A DNA stretch of 64,000 nucleotides from Lactobacillales bacterium. GTDB taxonomy: Bacteria; Bacillota; Bacilli; Lactobacillales; Streptococcaceae. Location: assembly GCA_031261175.1 (NCBI GenBank), contig JAISJW010000007.1:12204-76203 (forward strand), in the 5' to 3' direction. Of this stretch, positions 8,799 to 16,414 are shown in pieces; position 1 is the first letter of the stretch; each line of letters begins with the position of its first letter. A model generated the notes under the pieces. The model made no database searches. It saw nothing but the letters and a program-made list of their open reading frames with translations, and was not told the DNA's origin. The position numbers and the translations under genes are program-made.

Positions 8799-10625
8799 TT
8801 AATTTTTTACGCGCATCGCGCGAAGAGCGTTGAGGATGGCAAGTAGGGCGACGCCCACGTCGCCGAAAACCGCGGCCCAAATCGTGGCAATCCCTAGCGC
8901 GCCGAGCACCAAAATAATGGCTTTGACGCTAAGGGCGAAAATGATGTTTTCCATCACGATTTTTCGAGTTTTGCGTGCGATTTTTATCGCTGTTATAATT
9001 TTTGAAGGCTCGTCAGTCATCAAGACTATGTCGGCCGCTTCGATGGCGGCATCAGATCCGACGCCACCCATCGCTACACCGACCGTGCTACGTGCGAGAA
9101 CTGGCGCGTCGTTTATTCCATCACCGACAAACAAAACTGACCCCGTCGATTCTAAAAGTTCGAGTTGCTCAACTTTTTGCTGAGGTAAAAGTTCAGTTTT
9201 AACATCCGTGATTCCAAGTTCGCGTCCAACTGCATCGCCGACTTCTTTGTTATCACCGGTCAGCATAACGATATTATTTATGCCTAATTTTTTTAAACTT
9301 TCGATAGCTTGTTTGCTGTCTTTTTTTATCTCGTCAGCTATCACAAGATGGCCGATAAATTCGCCGCTCGCAGCGATATAAACTGTCGTGCCGATTTCGT
9401 TGGACGGCGTAAAATCAATCCCGCGCATCGCCATCAACTTCGCATTTCCGGCAAGTACTTCCTGCCCGTCAAACTTAACTCGAACGCCTTGGCCCGCGAT
9501 TTCTTCGTATTCAGAAATTCGCGTTTCATCAATTTTCTCGCCATAAGCCTTTATAATCGAGCGAGCAATCGGATGGCTCGAATGACTTTCAGCGTAAGCC
9601 GCGACCTCAAGGAGCGGCGACTTGCCCACGGTTTTTGTCACTGCAAACGATCCGCTCGTAAGCGTTCCGGTCTTGTCGAACACGACGGTGTCGACGCGGT
9701 TGAGGGCATCGAGAAAATTGCTGCCCTTGATGAGAATCCCCTGCTTCGAGGCGCCGCCGATGCCGCCGAAAAAGCTCAACGGAATCGAAATCACCAGCGC
9801 GCATGGGCACGAAACGACCAGAAAGACGAGAGCGCGCTTGATCCACTCGCTGAAATCAGCACCTGTCAAAAGCGGTGGAAGAACCGCGATGGCAAGTGCC
9901 GCGAACACTACGACCGGGGTGTAAATCCGCGAAAATTTCGTAATGAATTTTTCCGTCGGCGACTTTTTCGAACTCGCATTTTCGACAAGTTCGAGAATTT
10001 TGGAAACGGTCGATTCCTTGAATGTTTGAGTGACCGTGATTGTCAAAAGGCCAGATTGGTTGATTGAGCCTGACAGAACCTGCGCCCCCGGCTCAACCTC
10101 GCGAGGCAGCGATTCTCCCGTTAGTGCCGAGGTGTCGAGTGTCGAATAACCATCGGTTATCGTTCCGTCAAGCGGAATTTTTTCGCCAGGCTTAACTAGT
10201 ATTACGTCGCCGATTTGAACTTCGTCGGGGGCGACTTGCCCGCCATCTTTTAAGGTGGCGAAATCCGGTCTGATGTCCATCAACTCACTGATTGACTTAC
10301 GCGATTTGTCCACCGCAAAGTCCTGAACTGCTTCGCCGATTTGATAAAATAGCATAACAGCTACGCCTTCAGGAAATTCGCCGATTGCGAACGCGCCGAT
10401 TGTCGCGATACTCATCAAGAAGTTTTCGTCGAAGATTTCACCGCGCCGGATGTTTTTCGCAGCATTCATTAGAACCTCGCCGCCGATTAATAGGTAGCTG
10501 ATGAAGAAAATTGTAAATCTTGGCAGTTCGGGAAGTTCGAGCGCTAATCCGGCTACGAATAATATCGCCCCTATTATCATCGCGATTTTTTGAATTCTTT
10601 CAGATTTTTCTTCCATTTTAATCAC
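8799..10625 (-). CDS. heavy-metal translocating P1B-type ATPase (Cd/Zn/Co-like), lacking an N-terminal HMA domain
   Basis: Motifs CPC (VSCPCALVISIP), DKTGTLT, SHSSHP and GDGINDAP. Overlaps and follows an ArsR/CadC-type regulator gene. Confidence 0.9.
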   Translation of the reverse strand: MIKMEEKSERIQKIAMIIGAILFVAGLALELPELPRFTIFFISYLLIGGEVLMNAAKNIRRGEIFDENFLMSIATIGAFAIGEFPEGVAVMLFYQIGEAVQDFAVDKSRKSISELMDIRPDFATLKDGGQVAPDEVQIGDVILVKPGEKIPLDGTITDGYSTLDTSALTGESLPREVEPGAQVLSGSINQSGLLTITVTQTFKESTVSKILELVENASSKKSPTEKFITKFSRIYTPVVVFAALAIAVLPPLLTGADFSEWIKRALVFLVVSCPCALVISIPLSFFGGIGGASKQGILIKGSNFLDALNRVDTVVFDKTGTLTSGSFAVTKTVGKSPLLEVAAYAESHSSHPIARSIIKAYGEKIDETRISEYEEIAGQGVRVKFDGQEVLAGNAKLMAMRGIDFTPSNEIGTTVYIAASGEFIGHLVIADEIKKDSKQAIESLKKLGINNIVMLTGDNKEVGDAVGRELGITDVKTELLPQQKVEQLELLESTGSVLFVGDGINDAPVLARSTVGVAMGGVGSDAAIEAADIVLMTDEPSKIITAIKIARKTRKIVMENIIFALSVKAIILVLGALGIATIWAAVFGDVGVALLAILNALRAMRVKN

Positions 10626-10978
10626 TCCTTTTCGTTGACGTGGTCAAAGCCCATGTCGAGAATTTGTTTGACGTGGTCGTCCGCAAGTGAATAGAAGACG
10701 ATTTTTCCAACTCGCCTCGTCGTGACTAAGTTCGCCTCGCGCAACATTTTTAATTGATGTGAAATAGCTGATTTAGTCATTTCTAAAATCGCCGCGATAT
10801 CGCAAACACACAGTTCACTGATCTCAAGAGCGTGCAAAATCTGCACCCGCGTGCTGTCCGCAAAGCATTTATAAAGATTCGCTAAATTGCTATAATCATC
10901 AGCTACCGCTTTTTCTTTTTGCACACGCTCCACTACATCTGCGTGAATTACATTGCAAGTACATATTTGTGATGTCAT
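10622..10978 (-). CDS. ArsR/SmtB-family metalloregulator (CadC-like)
   Basis: HTH region with the ELCVCDIA motif and N-terminal cysteines (CTCNV). Sits upstream of the P-type ATPase with a 4-nt overlap. Confidence 0.85.
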   Translation of the reverse strand: MTSQICTCNVIHADVVERVQKEKAVADDYSNLANLYKCFADSTRVQILHALEISELCVCDIAAILEMTKSAISHQLKMLREANLVTTRRVGKIVFYSLADDHVKQILDMGFDHVNEKE

Positions 10979-11004
10979 ATCGTTTACCTCGCTAGATTTA
11001 TATC

Positions 11005-11024
11005 AGTTGAGCATATACTCAACT
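11005..11024. promoter_or_regulatory. candidate ArsR/CadC operator overlapping the promoter of the metal-efflux operon
   Basis: Palindrome agttgag-catata-ctcaact. It lies immediately downstream (minus-strand sense) of a TATAAT box at 11028..11033 and about 30 nt upstream of the regulator's start. Confidence 0.55.
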
Positions 11025-11088
11025 ATAATTATACGCCACCTTCCGCTCACAGTCAAACCATATATATTCTCCTTATAAATTAAAATAT

Positions 11089-11150
11089 CGGACTTTTCGC
11101 GTTTTGTGGTCATTTTCATCAAAAAATGTCCACAAAACGCGAAAAGTCCG
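11089..11150. repeat. long hairpin element, family C copy 1
   Basis: 21-bp perfect arms cggacttttcgcgttttgtgg / ccacaaaacgcgaaaagtccg with a 20-nt loop. A near-identical copy lies at 62842..62909. Confidence 0.8.
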
Positions 11151-11200
11151 CATAATATTTGAAAAGAAATCAAAAAAGCCGCCAAAACGGCGACTTAATA

Positions 11201-11335
11201 ATCTACGGGCTAATTTTCTAAGCTCTTCGCGAGCAAGCTCGCTCAATCGCTAAGTTTTAGGAGCGTAGATTCGCTTCGCGAATCTGCGGGCTAATTTTCT
11301 AAGCTCTTCGCGAGCAAGCTCGCTCAATCGCTAAG
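11201..11335. repeat. tandem direct repeat, 2 x 54 bp separated by 27 bp
   Basis: Unit atct(a/g)cgggctaattttctaagctcttcgcgagcaagctcgctcaatcgctaag occurs at 11201..11254 and 11282..11335 with one mismatch. Each unit contains the gcgagc-aa-gctcgc palindrome, and the spacer has its own inverted repeat. Confidence 0.8.
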
Positions 11336-11339
11336 AAAA

Positions 11340-11903
11340 TTATGCCTCAGCTCCGAAATAACGTTGTAACAATCCAGCGAAACCGCGGCCGTGACGAGCT
11401 TCGTCTTTTGCCATCTCGAAGAATGTGTCAGCGATGGCATCTAAGCCCAGCTGTTTAGCCTCTTGGGCCAATTTATACTTGCCGTTACACGCCCCGATTT
11501 CCGCCTTGATGCGGATGCCCAGGTTGTGCTTCGATGACGGCGTCACGACCTCGCCCAAAAGCTCGGCACAGCGAGCCGCGTGATCAGCCTCTTCAAGGCC
11601 TGCGCGACGGTAAAACTCGCCAATTTCCGGCAGACCCTCGCGGTAAGCCGCCCGACTCATCGCTAGATACATCCCGACTTCCGTGCACTCAGCGGTGAAA
11701 TTCTCGCGAATCGCGTCGCGAATTTCCTTCGGCGCACCCTTCGCGTAACCGATCAAATGCTCGGCCAAATACGGATTTTCGTTGTCGTCCTCTTCCAATT
11801 GCTCCGAGAACTTATCTGCGGCAGCACCACAAATCGGGCAAGTCTCCGGCGGAGTATCCCCATAATGCACGTGCCCACAAATACTACATACCCAAATTTT
11901 CAT
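11340..11903 (-). CDS. reverse rubrerythrin (N-terminal rubredoxin-like CxxC...CxxC plus ferritin-like diiron domain)
   Basis: N-terminus MKIWVCSICGHVHYGDTPPETCPICGA. ExxH-type diiron motifs (EEADHAAR, KDEARHGR). Confidence 0.8.
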   Translation of the reverse strand: MKIWVCSICGHVHYGDTPPETCPICGAAADKFSEQLEEDDNENPYLAEHLIGYAKGAPKEIRDAIRENFTAECTEVGMYLAMSRAAYREGLPEIGEFYRRAGLEEADHAARCAELLGEVVTPSSKHNLGIRIKAEIGACNGKYKLAQEAKQLGLDAIADTFFEMAKDEARHGRGFAGLLQRYFGAEA

Positions 11904-11999
11904 TTTTATCGCTCCTTCTATTTATATATATGTTTCTATGTTAACAAAATTTTGAAGTTATGTCTATAATTTCCCGCCGAATTGTTCTATAATACTCGT

Positions 12000-12779
12000 A
12001 TGGAAAAAATCGTAGAATTCACGCACGTCGACCTGATCCGCGACGGCAAACATTTGCTCAAAGACATCAACTTCACGCTCACTCCCGGGGAGCACATGGC
12101 AATTCTCGGCCTCAACGGCTCGGGAAAAACACTGATGCTTCGCCTCATCTCGGGCAATTTATGGCCGTCAAACGGCTCGCTCGTTGTTTTGGATAAAAAA
12201 TTCGGCGAAACGAGCATCCCGGAACTCAAAAAAAGAATCGGCTTTGTTTCGAGTGCTTTGAGCTATCAGCTCGATGAAGGTGAAACGGCGGAAATGATCG
12301 CTTTGTCGGGAAAATTCGCTTCGATCGGTATTTGGGAAAAATATTCCGACGAAGATTTAGAGCGCGCTAAGAATTTATTAATCAGCCTTGGCGGCGAACA
12401 TCTAATCGGTCAAAAATTCGAAATCTTCTCACAAGGCGAGCGGCAACGCGTTATCTTAGCTCGGGCTTTGATGGCTAATCCGGAATTAATTATTCTCGAC
12501 GAGCCGATGAACGGCCTTGATATCTTCGCACGCGAACAACTACTAGCGACGATTACTGAGCTTGCGGCATCACCTGACGCGCCGACAATTTTGTACGTGA
12601 CGCACCACACCGAGGAATTAATTGCCCCGTTCAAGAAATTTTTATTCCTGAAAAAAGGCGAAATCAAAGAGTTCGGAACTCGCGAAGAACTGATTAACGC
12701 GGAAACTTTTTCGAAGTTTTACGGAGCACCTATTAATATGATCGAACACAAAAACGGAGGTGTGACCATTGCGTTTTAA
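12000..12779 (+). CDS. stand-alone ABC-type ATPase (YlmA/ModF-like), no cognate permease adjacent
   Basis: Walker A GLNGSGKT, signature FSQGERQRV, Walker B ILDEP. ATG 12000 lies 6 nt after TATAAT (11988..11993). Confidence 0.85.
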   Translation: MEKIVEFTHVDLIRDGKHLLKDINFTLTPGEHMAILGLNGSGKTLMLRLISGNLWPSNGSLVVLDKKFGETSIPELKKRIGFVSSALSYQLDEGETAEMIALSGKFASIGIWEKYSDEDLERAKNLLISLGGEHLIGQKFEIFSQGERQRVILARALMANPELIILDEPMNGLDIFAREQLLATITELAASPDAPTILYVTHHTEELIAPFKKFLFLKKGEIKEFGTREELINAETFSKFYGAPINMIEHKNGGVTIAF

Positions 12780-14133
12780 CATCAAAGAAAAAATCAAAAA
12801 AACGGCGCCCGTCCACATCGTATTAGGGTTCTATTTCCTAATCGCCATCGTTACGATGATCGCTTTCTCGCTTCCGATTTTCCGGATTCCAGGCAGCCAC
12901 CTTAAATTCATCGACCTCGCATATTTTAGCGTTTCGACGATTAGTTTGACCGGCTTAGCCAATTTCCAAATCCACGAATTCCTGAACACGCACGGCATCA
13001 TCCTGCTCGAAGTCATTTTCCAGATTTGCGGGTTCGGGGTGATGATGATTACGACGTTCGTTTTCATTTTGTCACGACGCAAAATCGGGGTTCGCACGCG
13101 CCAACTCATCATGGTCGACACCAATCAAAACCAGATGTCCGGCGTGGTCCGGATGATCAAAATCATCTTCCTGACCTACCTTGGCATCCAGGCCGTCTTC
13201 GGCTTCCTCTTCGGCCTGTATTTCTACTTCGGCCACTACTACAAACACCTGTCGAGCTGCTTCTTCTGGGGCATCTACAACTCGGTATCGGCGCTGACCA
13301 ACTCCGGCTTCGACATCTTCGGCAATTCCCTGAAAAACTTCAACCACCATTATTTATTTTTATTAATGGTCATATTGTTGATGTTCATCGGCTCGATCGG
13401 TTACCCCGTCACCTACGAAATCTTCATGTGGGCGTCGTCGAAAGACAAAAAACGCTTCACGTTCAGCCTCTTCACCCGCGTCGCCGTCTTCGGCGCTTTA
13501 TTCCTAATCATCTTCGGAACACTAATTATATTCTTGCTTGAGCGCACGCATCTATTCGCCGGAACGACGCCCGTCAGCGGCTTCTTCACCTCGTTCTTCT
13601 ACAGCGTCTCAACGCGTAACGCCGGCCTTGAACTCCACGACATCAGCGCCTTCCGCCCCGTGACCCTCCTATTCTTCTGCCTTCTAATGTTCATCGGGAG
13701 CTCACCGAGTTCCGTTGGTGGTGGTGTCAGAACGACGACAATCTTCATCGTCATCCTCCACATGGCAAGTTACATCCGCGGCGAGCGCGACACAATTGCC
13801 TTCGAGCGAAGAATCGACCTGCGCGACATCCAAAAAGCCTACGTCGTCCTCGTCAGCTCCGTCGCCCTTTGCACCGTCTCGTTCTTCCTGATTATGGCGT
13901 GCGAGGATCACCCGCCACTCGACATCATTCTCGAGGTGGCAAGTGCCTTCGGGACGACCGGCATGACGAGCGGACTTGCCCAGAATTTGGGGATTCTTGG
14001 GAAGCTTGTGATGATTGTGCTGATGTTTGTCGGCCGGGTCAGCATGCTGTACTTCCTGACGCTTTTCTTGCCGCGTGACAAGAAAATTAACACATCAATC
14101 CGCTATCCGAGCGAAAAAATTATTGTTGGTTAA
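12769..14133 (+). CDS. TrkH/KtrB-family potassium (cation) transporter subunit
   Basis: 454-aa polytopic membrane protein with TrkH-type repeats (TNSGFD, SAFGTTGMTSG). TTG start with a GGAGG RBS 8 nt upstream. Overlaps the ABC ATPase gene by 11 nt. Confidence 0.85.
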   Translation: MRFNIKEKIKKTAPVHIVLGFYFLIAIVTMIAFSLPIFRIPGSHLKFIDLAYFSVSTISLTGLANFQIHEFLNTHGIILLEVIFQICGFGVMMITTFVFILSRRKIGVRTRQLIMVDTNQNQMSGVVRMIKIIFLTYLGIQAVFGFLFGLYFYFGHYYKHLSSCFFWGIYNSVSALTNSGFDIFGNSLKNFNHHYLFLLMVILLMFIGSIGYPVTYEIFMWASSKDKKRFTFSLFTRVAVFGALFLIIFGTLIIFLLERTHLFAGTTPVSGFFTSFFYSVSTRNAGLELHDISAFRPVTLLFFCLLMFIGSSPSSVGGGVRTTTIFIVILHMASYIRGERDTIAFERRIDLRDIQKAYVVLVSSVALCTVSFFLIMACEDHPPLDIILEVASAFGTTGMTSGLAQNLGILGKLVMIVLMFVGRVSMLYFLTLFLPRDKKINTSIRYPSEKIIVG

Positions 14134-14143
14134 ATCTTAAGAA

Positions 14144-14188
14144 AACACCTTTGTATTTACTTTTAAATACAAAGGTGTTATACTTTTT
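14144..14188 (+). terminator. intrinsic terminator after the TrkH-family gene
   Basis: Perfect 16-bp stem aacacctttgtattta / taaatacaaaggtgtt followed by atacttttt. Confidence 0.75.
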
Positions 14189-14216
14189 ATATTAAGAAAA
14201 AAAGGATGTGGTAACG

Positions 14217-14444
14217 ATGGCAAAAGCAACTTCAATTCGTTTCGACGATGAATTATTTCACAACGTGGTTCAATACACCGAAGCTAAGGCTCAATCGATT
14301 TCTTCATTTGTTTCCGAAGCTGTCGCAGTTTATTTAGAGGATAAAATCGATTATTTAATTGCCGAAGATGCCTATAAAGCTTGGGCTGCGGATGATTTTA
14401 AAACCTATACGCACGACGAAATGTGGGCGATGTTAGATGAGTAA
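14217..14444 (+). CDS. type II antitoxin, ribbon-helix-helix/RelB-like
   Basis: Small acidic protein (MAKATSIRFDDELFHNV...) overlapping the downstream RelE-like gene. The ORF track offers an earlier alternative start at 14208. Confidence 0.7.
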   Translation: MAKATSIRFDDELFHNVVQYTEAKAQSISSFVSEAVAVYLEDKIDYLIAEDAYKAWAADDFKTYTHDEMWAMLDE

Positions 14445-14724
14445 GTACGACGTTGTCTACACCTCGTCATTTTACAACTCGGCTCGTCGCCTCGATAAAG
14501 AAACGCAGCGGCGGATTAAACGTTGGATCGAAAAGCATTTAATCGGCGTGGATTTCCCGACCTCACCCGGCAAGGTTTTGACGGGCGAATTGGCCGGACA
14601 CGTGCGCTTTCGGATTGGCGATTTTCGTTTAATTGCCAAGGTCAATAATAAAGTTTTACAGATTTACGCTTTGTATGTCGATAAGAGGTCGGTTGTTTAT
14701 AAATTTAGACCAGATGGAGTTTAG
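14437..14724 (+). CDS. type II toxin, RelE/ParE family
   Basis: 95 aa with the motif RFRIGDFRLIAKV typical of RelE/StbE toxins. 8-nt overlap with the antitoxin gene. Confidence 0.8.
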   Translation: MSKYDVVYTSSFYNSARRLDKETQRRIKRWIEKHLIGVDFPTSPGKVLTGELAGHVRFRIGDFRLIAKVNNKVLQIYALYVDKRSVVYKFRPDGV

Positions 14725-14726
14725 TT

Positions 14727-15329
14727 ATGAAAATTGATTTTAAGAAAGATGCGCTGTATAAGGCTAAGGTAGCTCCAGCGATCGTAGATGTTCCGTGCGC
14801 GCCGTTTATAATGGTGGACGGAGTTGGGGATCCGAATACGAGCGCGGAATATCAGCACGCGATTGAGTTGTTATATGCTTTATCATATGCGATTAAAATG
14901 AGTCCGAAAAAGGATTATGTTCCGGAAGGCTATTTCGATTATGTCGTTGCGCCTTTAGAAGGTTTGTGGTGGGATACTGATGGTTCGAAGTCCGATTTCA
15001 AATGGACTGCGATGATTCGCCAACCGGAATTTGTAACTTATGAAGTGTTTGAGTATGGTTTGTCGGTTGCGAAGGCGAAGAAACCTGATCTTGATATTTC
15101 GCTTGCTAGATTTGTTGAGTTTGAAGAAGGTTTATGCGCACAGGTATTGCATGTCGGGAGTTACGATGATGAGCCTGCGACGATTGCTGCGTTGGATTCG
15201 TTTATTTCTGAGCAAGGTTACGCGCTTGACATCACCGAAACTCGGCGGCATCACGAAATTTACCTGAGTGATCCGCGCAAAACAGCGCCGGAAAAATTAA
15301 AAACAATTATTCGTCACCCCATTAAATAA
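14727..15329 (+). CDS. GyrI-like small-molecule-binding domain protein
   Basis: 200 aa. The sequence style (FIMVDGVGDPNTSAEYQHAIELLYALSY...) is typical of the GyrI-like family. Confidence 0.65.
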   Translation: MKIDFKKDALYKAKVAPAIVDVPCAPFIMVDGVGDPNTSAEYQHAIELLYALSYAIKMSPKKDYVPEGYFDYVVAPLEGLWWDTDGSKSDFKWTAMIRQPEFVTYEVFEYGLSVAKAKKPDLDISLARFVEFEEGLCAQVLHVGSYDDEPATIAALDSFISEQGYALDITETRRHHEIYLSDPRKTAPEKLKTIIRHPIK

Positions 15330-15333
15330 AACA

Positions 15334-15460
15334 TACTCCAAATGACCATTTTTTCGAAAAAACGCCCTATTTTTGGACAGTTTGAGTCAGTATAAAATAT
15401 ATACTGACTCAAACTGTCCAAAAACAGGGTGAAATTCAAAGTTTTCGGTCATTTGGAGTA
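15334..15460. repeat. nested-palindrome intergenic element, family A copy 2
   Basis: Terminal repeats tactccaaatgacc / ggtcatttggagta. Central ~30-bp stem ccctatttttggacagtttgagtcagtata ... tatactgactcaaactgtccaaaaacaggg. It fills the gap between two convergent stop codons. Confidence 0.8.
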
Positions 15461-15462
15461 CA

Positions 15463-16398
15463 TTAGTCAAAACCGTGTGAATCGAGCCACTCTTTAGTGG
15501 CTTTTTTGATTAGCGTCGTTTTATTTGGTCCTGGGTTGGCGATATAAACTGCCGGCTCGTTTTCTGCGTTTGCGGCGCAGAACGGAAATTCAACATTTGT
15601 TGCAACTCCCCATTCGCCTTTATTATTCATTGCGATTAACGACATAGCGCCACATTTACCGTAGCGTTTAGTTAGCTTTTCAGCAAAGTCATAAACTGCT
15701 TTGTCACACGCGCTTTGTGGCGACAGACCTTCGCCCATCAAACGCACTATTTCGTATGAAAGGCATCCCTTCATCAAGTCTTCACCGAGACCCGTCGCAC
15801 TCGCTCCACCGATTTCACTATCGACGTAAAAGCCCGAACCGGATAAAGGCGAGTCACCGACGCGTCCGGCTTTTTTCATAAACAGACCTGAACTTGAAGT
15901 TGCAGCCGTCATGCTTACAAACGAATCGAGCGACACCACGCCGACTGTATCGTGTCCATCATAAGGATTTAGATTTTTTTCCGTTACTTCTGCGACACGT
16001 TTAGCCCATATTTCATGAGCCTCAGAAGTCAACATTTCTTTACGTTCAAAACCTGCTTCTTCGGCGTATTTAGTCGCGCCGGCGCCTATTCTAAAACTAT
16101 TGAATTTTTCGTCGCTTAACTTGCGCGCGACCGCAATCGGATTCGCCACGTCTTGAATTCCTGCGACCGCCCCGATTTTAAACGTATCGCCATCCATAAA
16201 GGCGGCATCCATTTCCAAAACGCCTTCTTCATTCGGCAATCCGCCAAATCCGACTGATCTAAAATCAGGATTATTCTCAACATTTTCGACTAATTCTTGG
16301 GCGGCGTCACTTGCCGAGCCACCCGCTTTTAGCACCTCACTTGCCAGCGCTGTTCCTTCGAACGCCATGCGCCACGTCGCGATAACTCCCCAGCTCAT
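15463..16398 (-). CDS. Ntn-hydrolase of the asparaginase-2 family (isoaspartyl peptidase / glycosylasparaginase-like)
   Basis: 311 aa with the GHDTVGVV autoproteolytic threonine motif. Confidence 0.8.
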   Translation of the reverse strand: MSWGVIATWRMAFEGTALASEVLKAGGSASDAAQELVENVENNPDFRSVGFGGLPNEEGVLEMDAAFMDGDTFKIGAVAGIQDVANPIAVARKLSDEKFNSFRIGAGATKYAEEAGFERKEMLTSEAHEIWAKRVAEVTEKNLNPYDGHDTVGVVSLDSFVSMTAATSSSGLFMKKAGRVGDSPLSGSGFYVDSEIGGASATGLGEDLMKGCLSYEIVRLMGEGLSPQSACDKAVYDFAEKLTKRYGKCGAMSLIAMNNKGEWGVATNVEFPFCAANAENEPAVYIANPGPNKTTLIKKATKEWLDSHGFD

Positions 16399-16414
16399 AT
16401 TTTTTCTCCCTAAT

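Noticed and set aside
11201-11335. The direct repeats with a spacer might be a CRISPR array.
   Set aside because: There are only two 54-bp units, which is too long for CRISPR repeats. The single 27-bp spacer is self-complementary with the repeat, and no cas genes are in the window.
13026-13541. Long ORFs antisense to or overlapping confident genes, for example 13026..13541, 16496..17356, 9309..10067, 43009..43629, 57575..58123, 46169..46813, 3544..4272 and 60258..60830.
   Set aside because: They lie inside well-supported genes on the other strand or frame, and are rich in Arg/Pro/His or otherwise low in complexity. They lack RBSs and are typical shadow ORFs.
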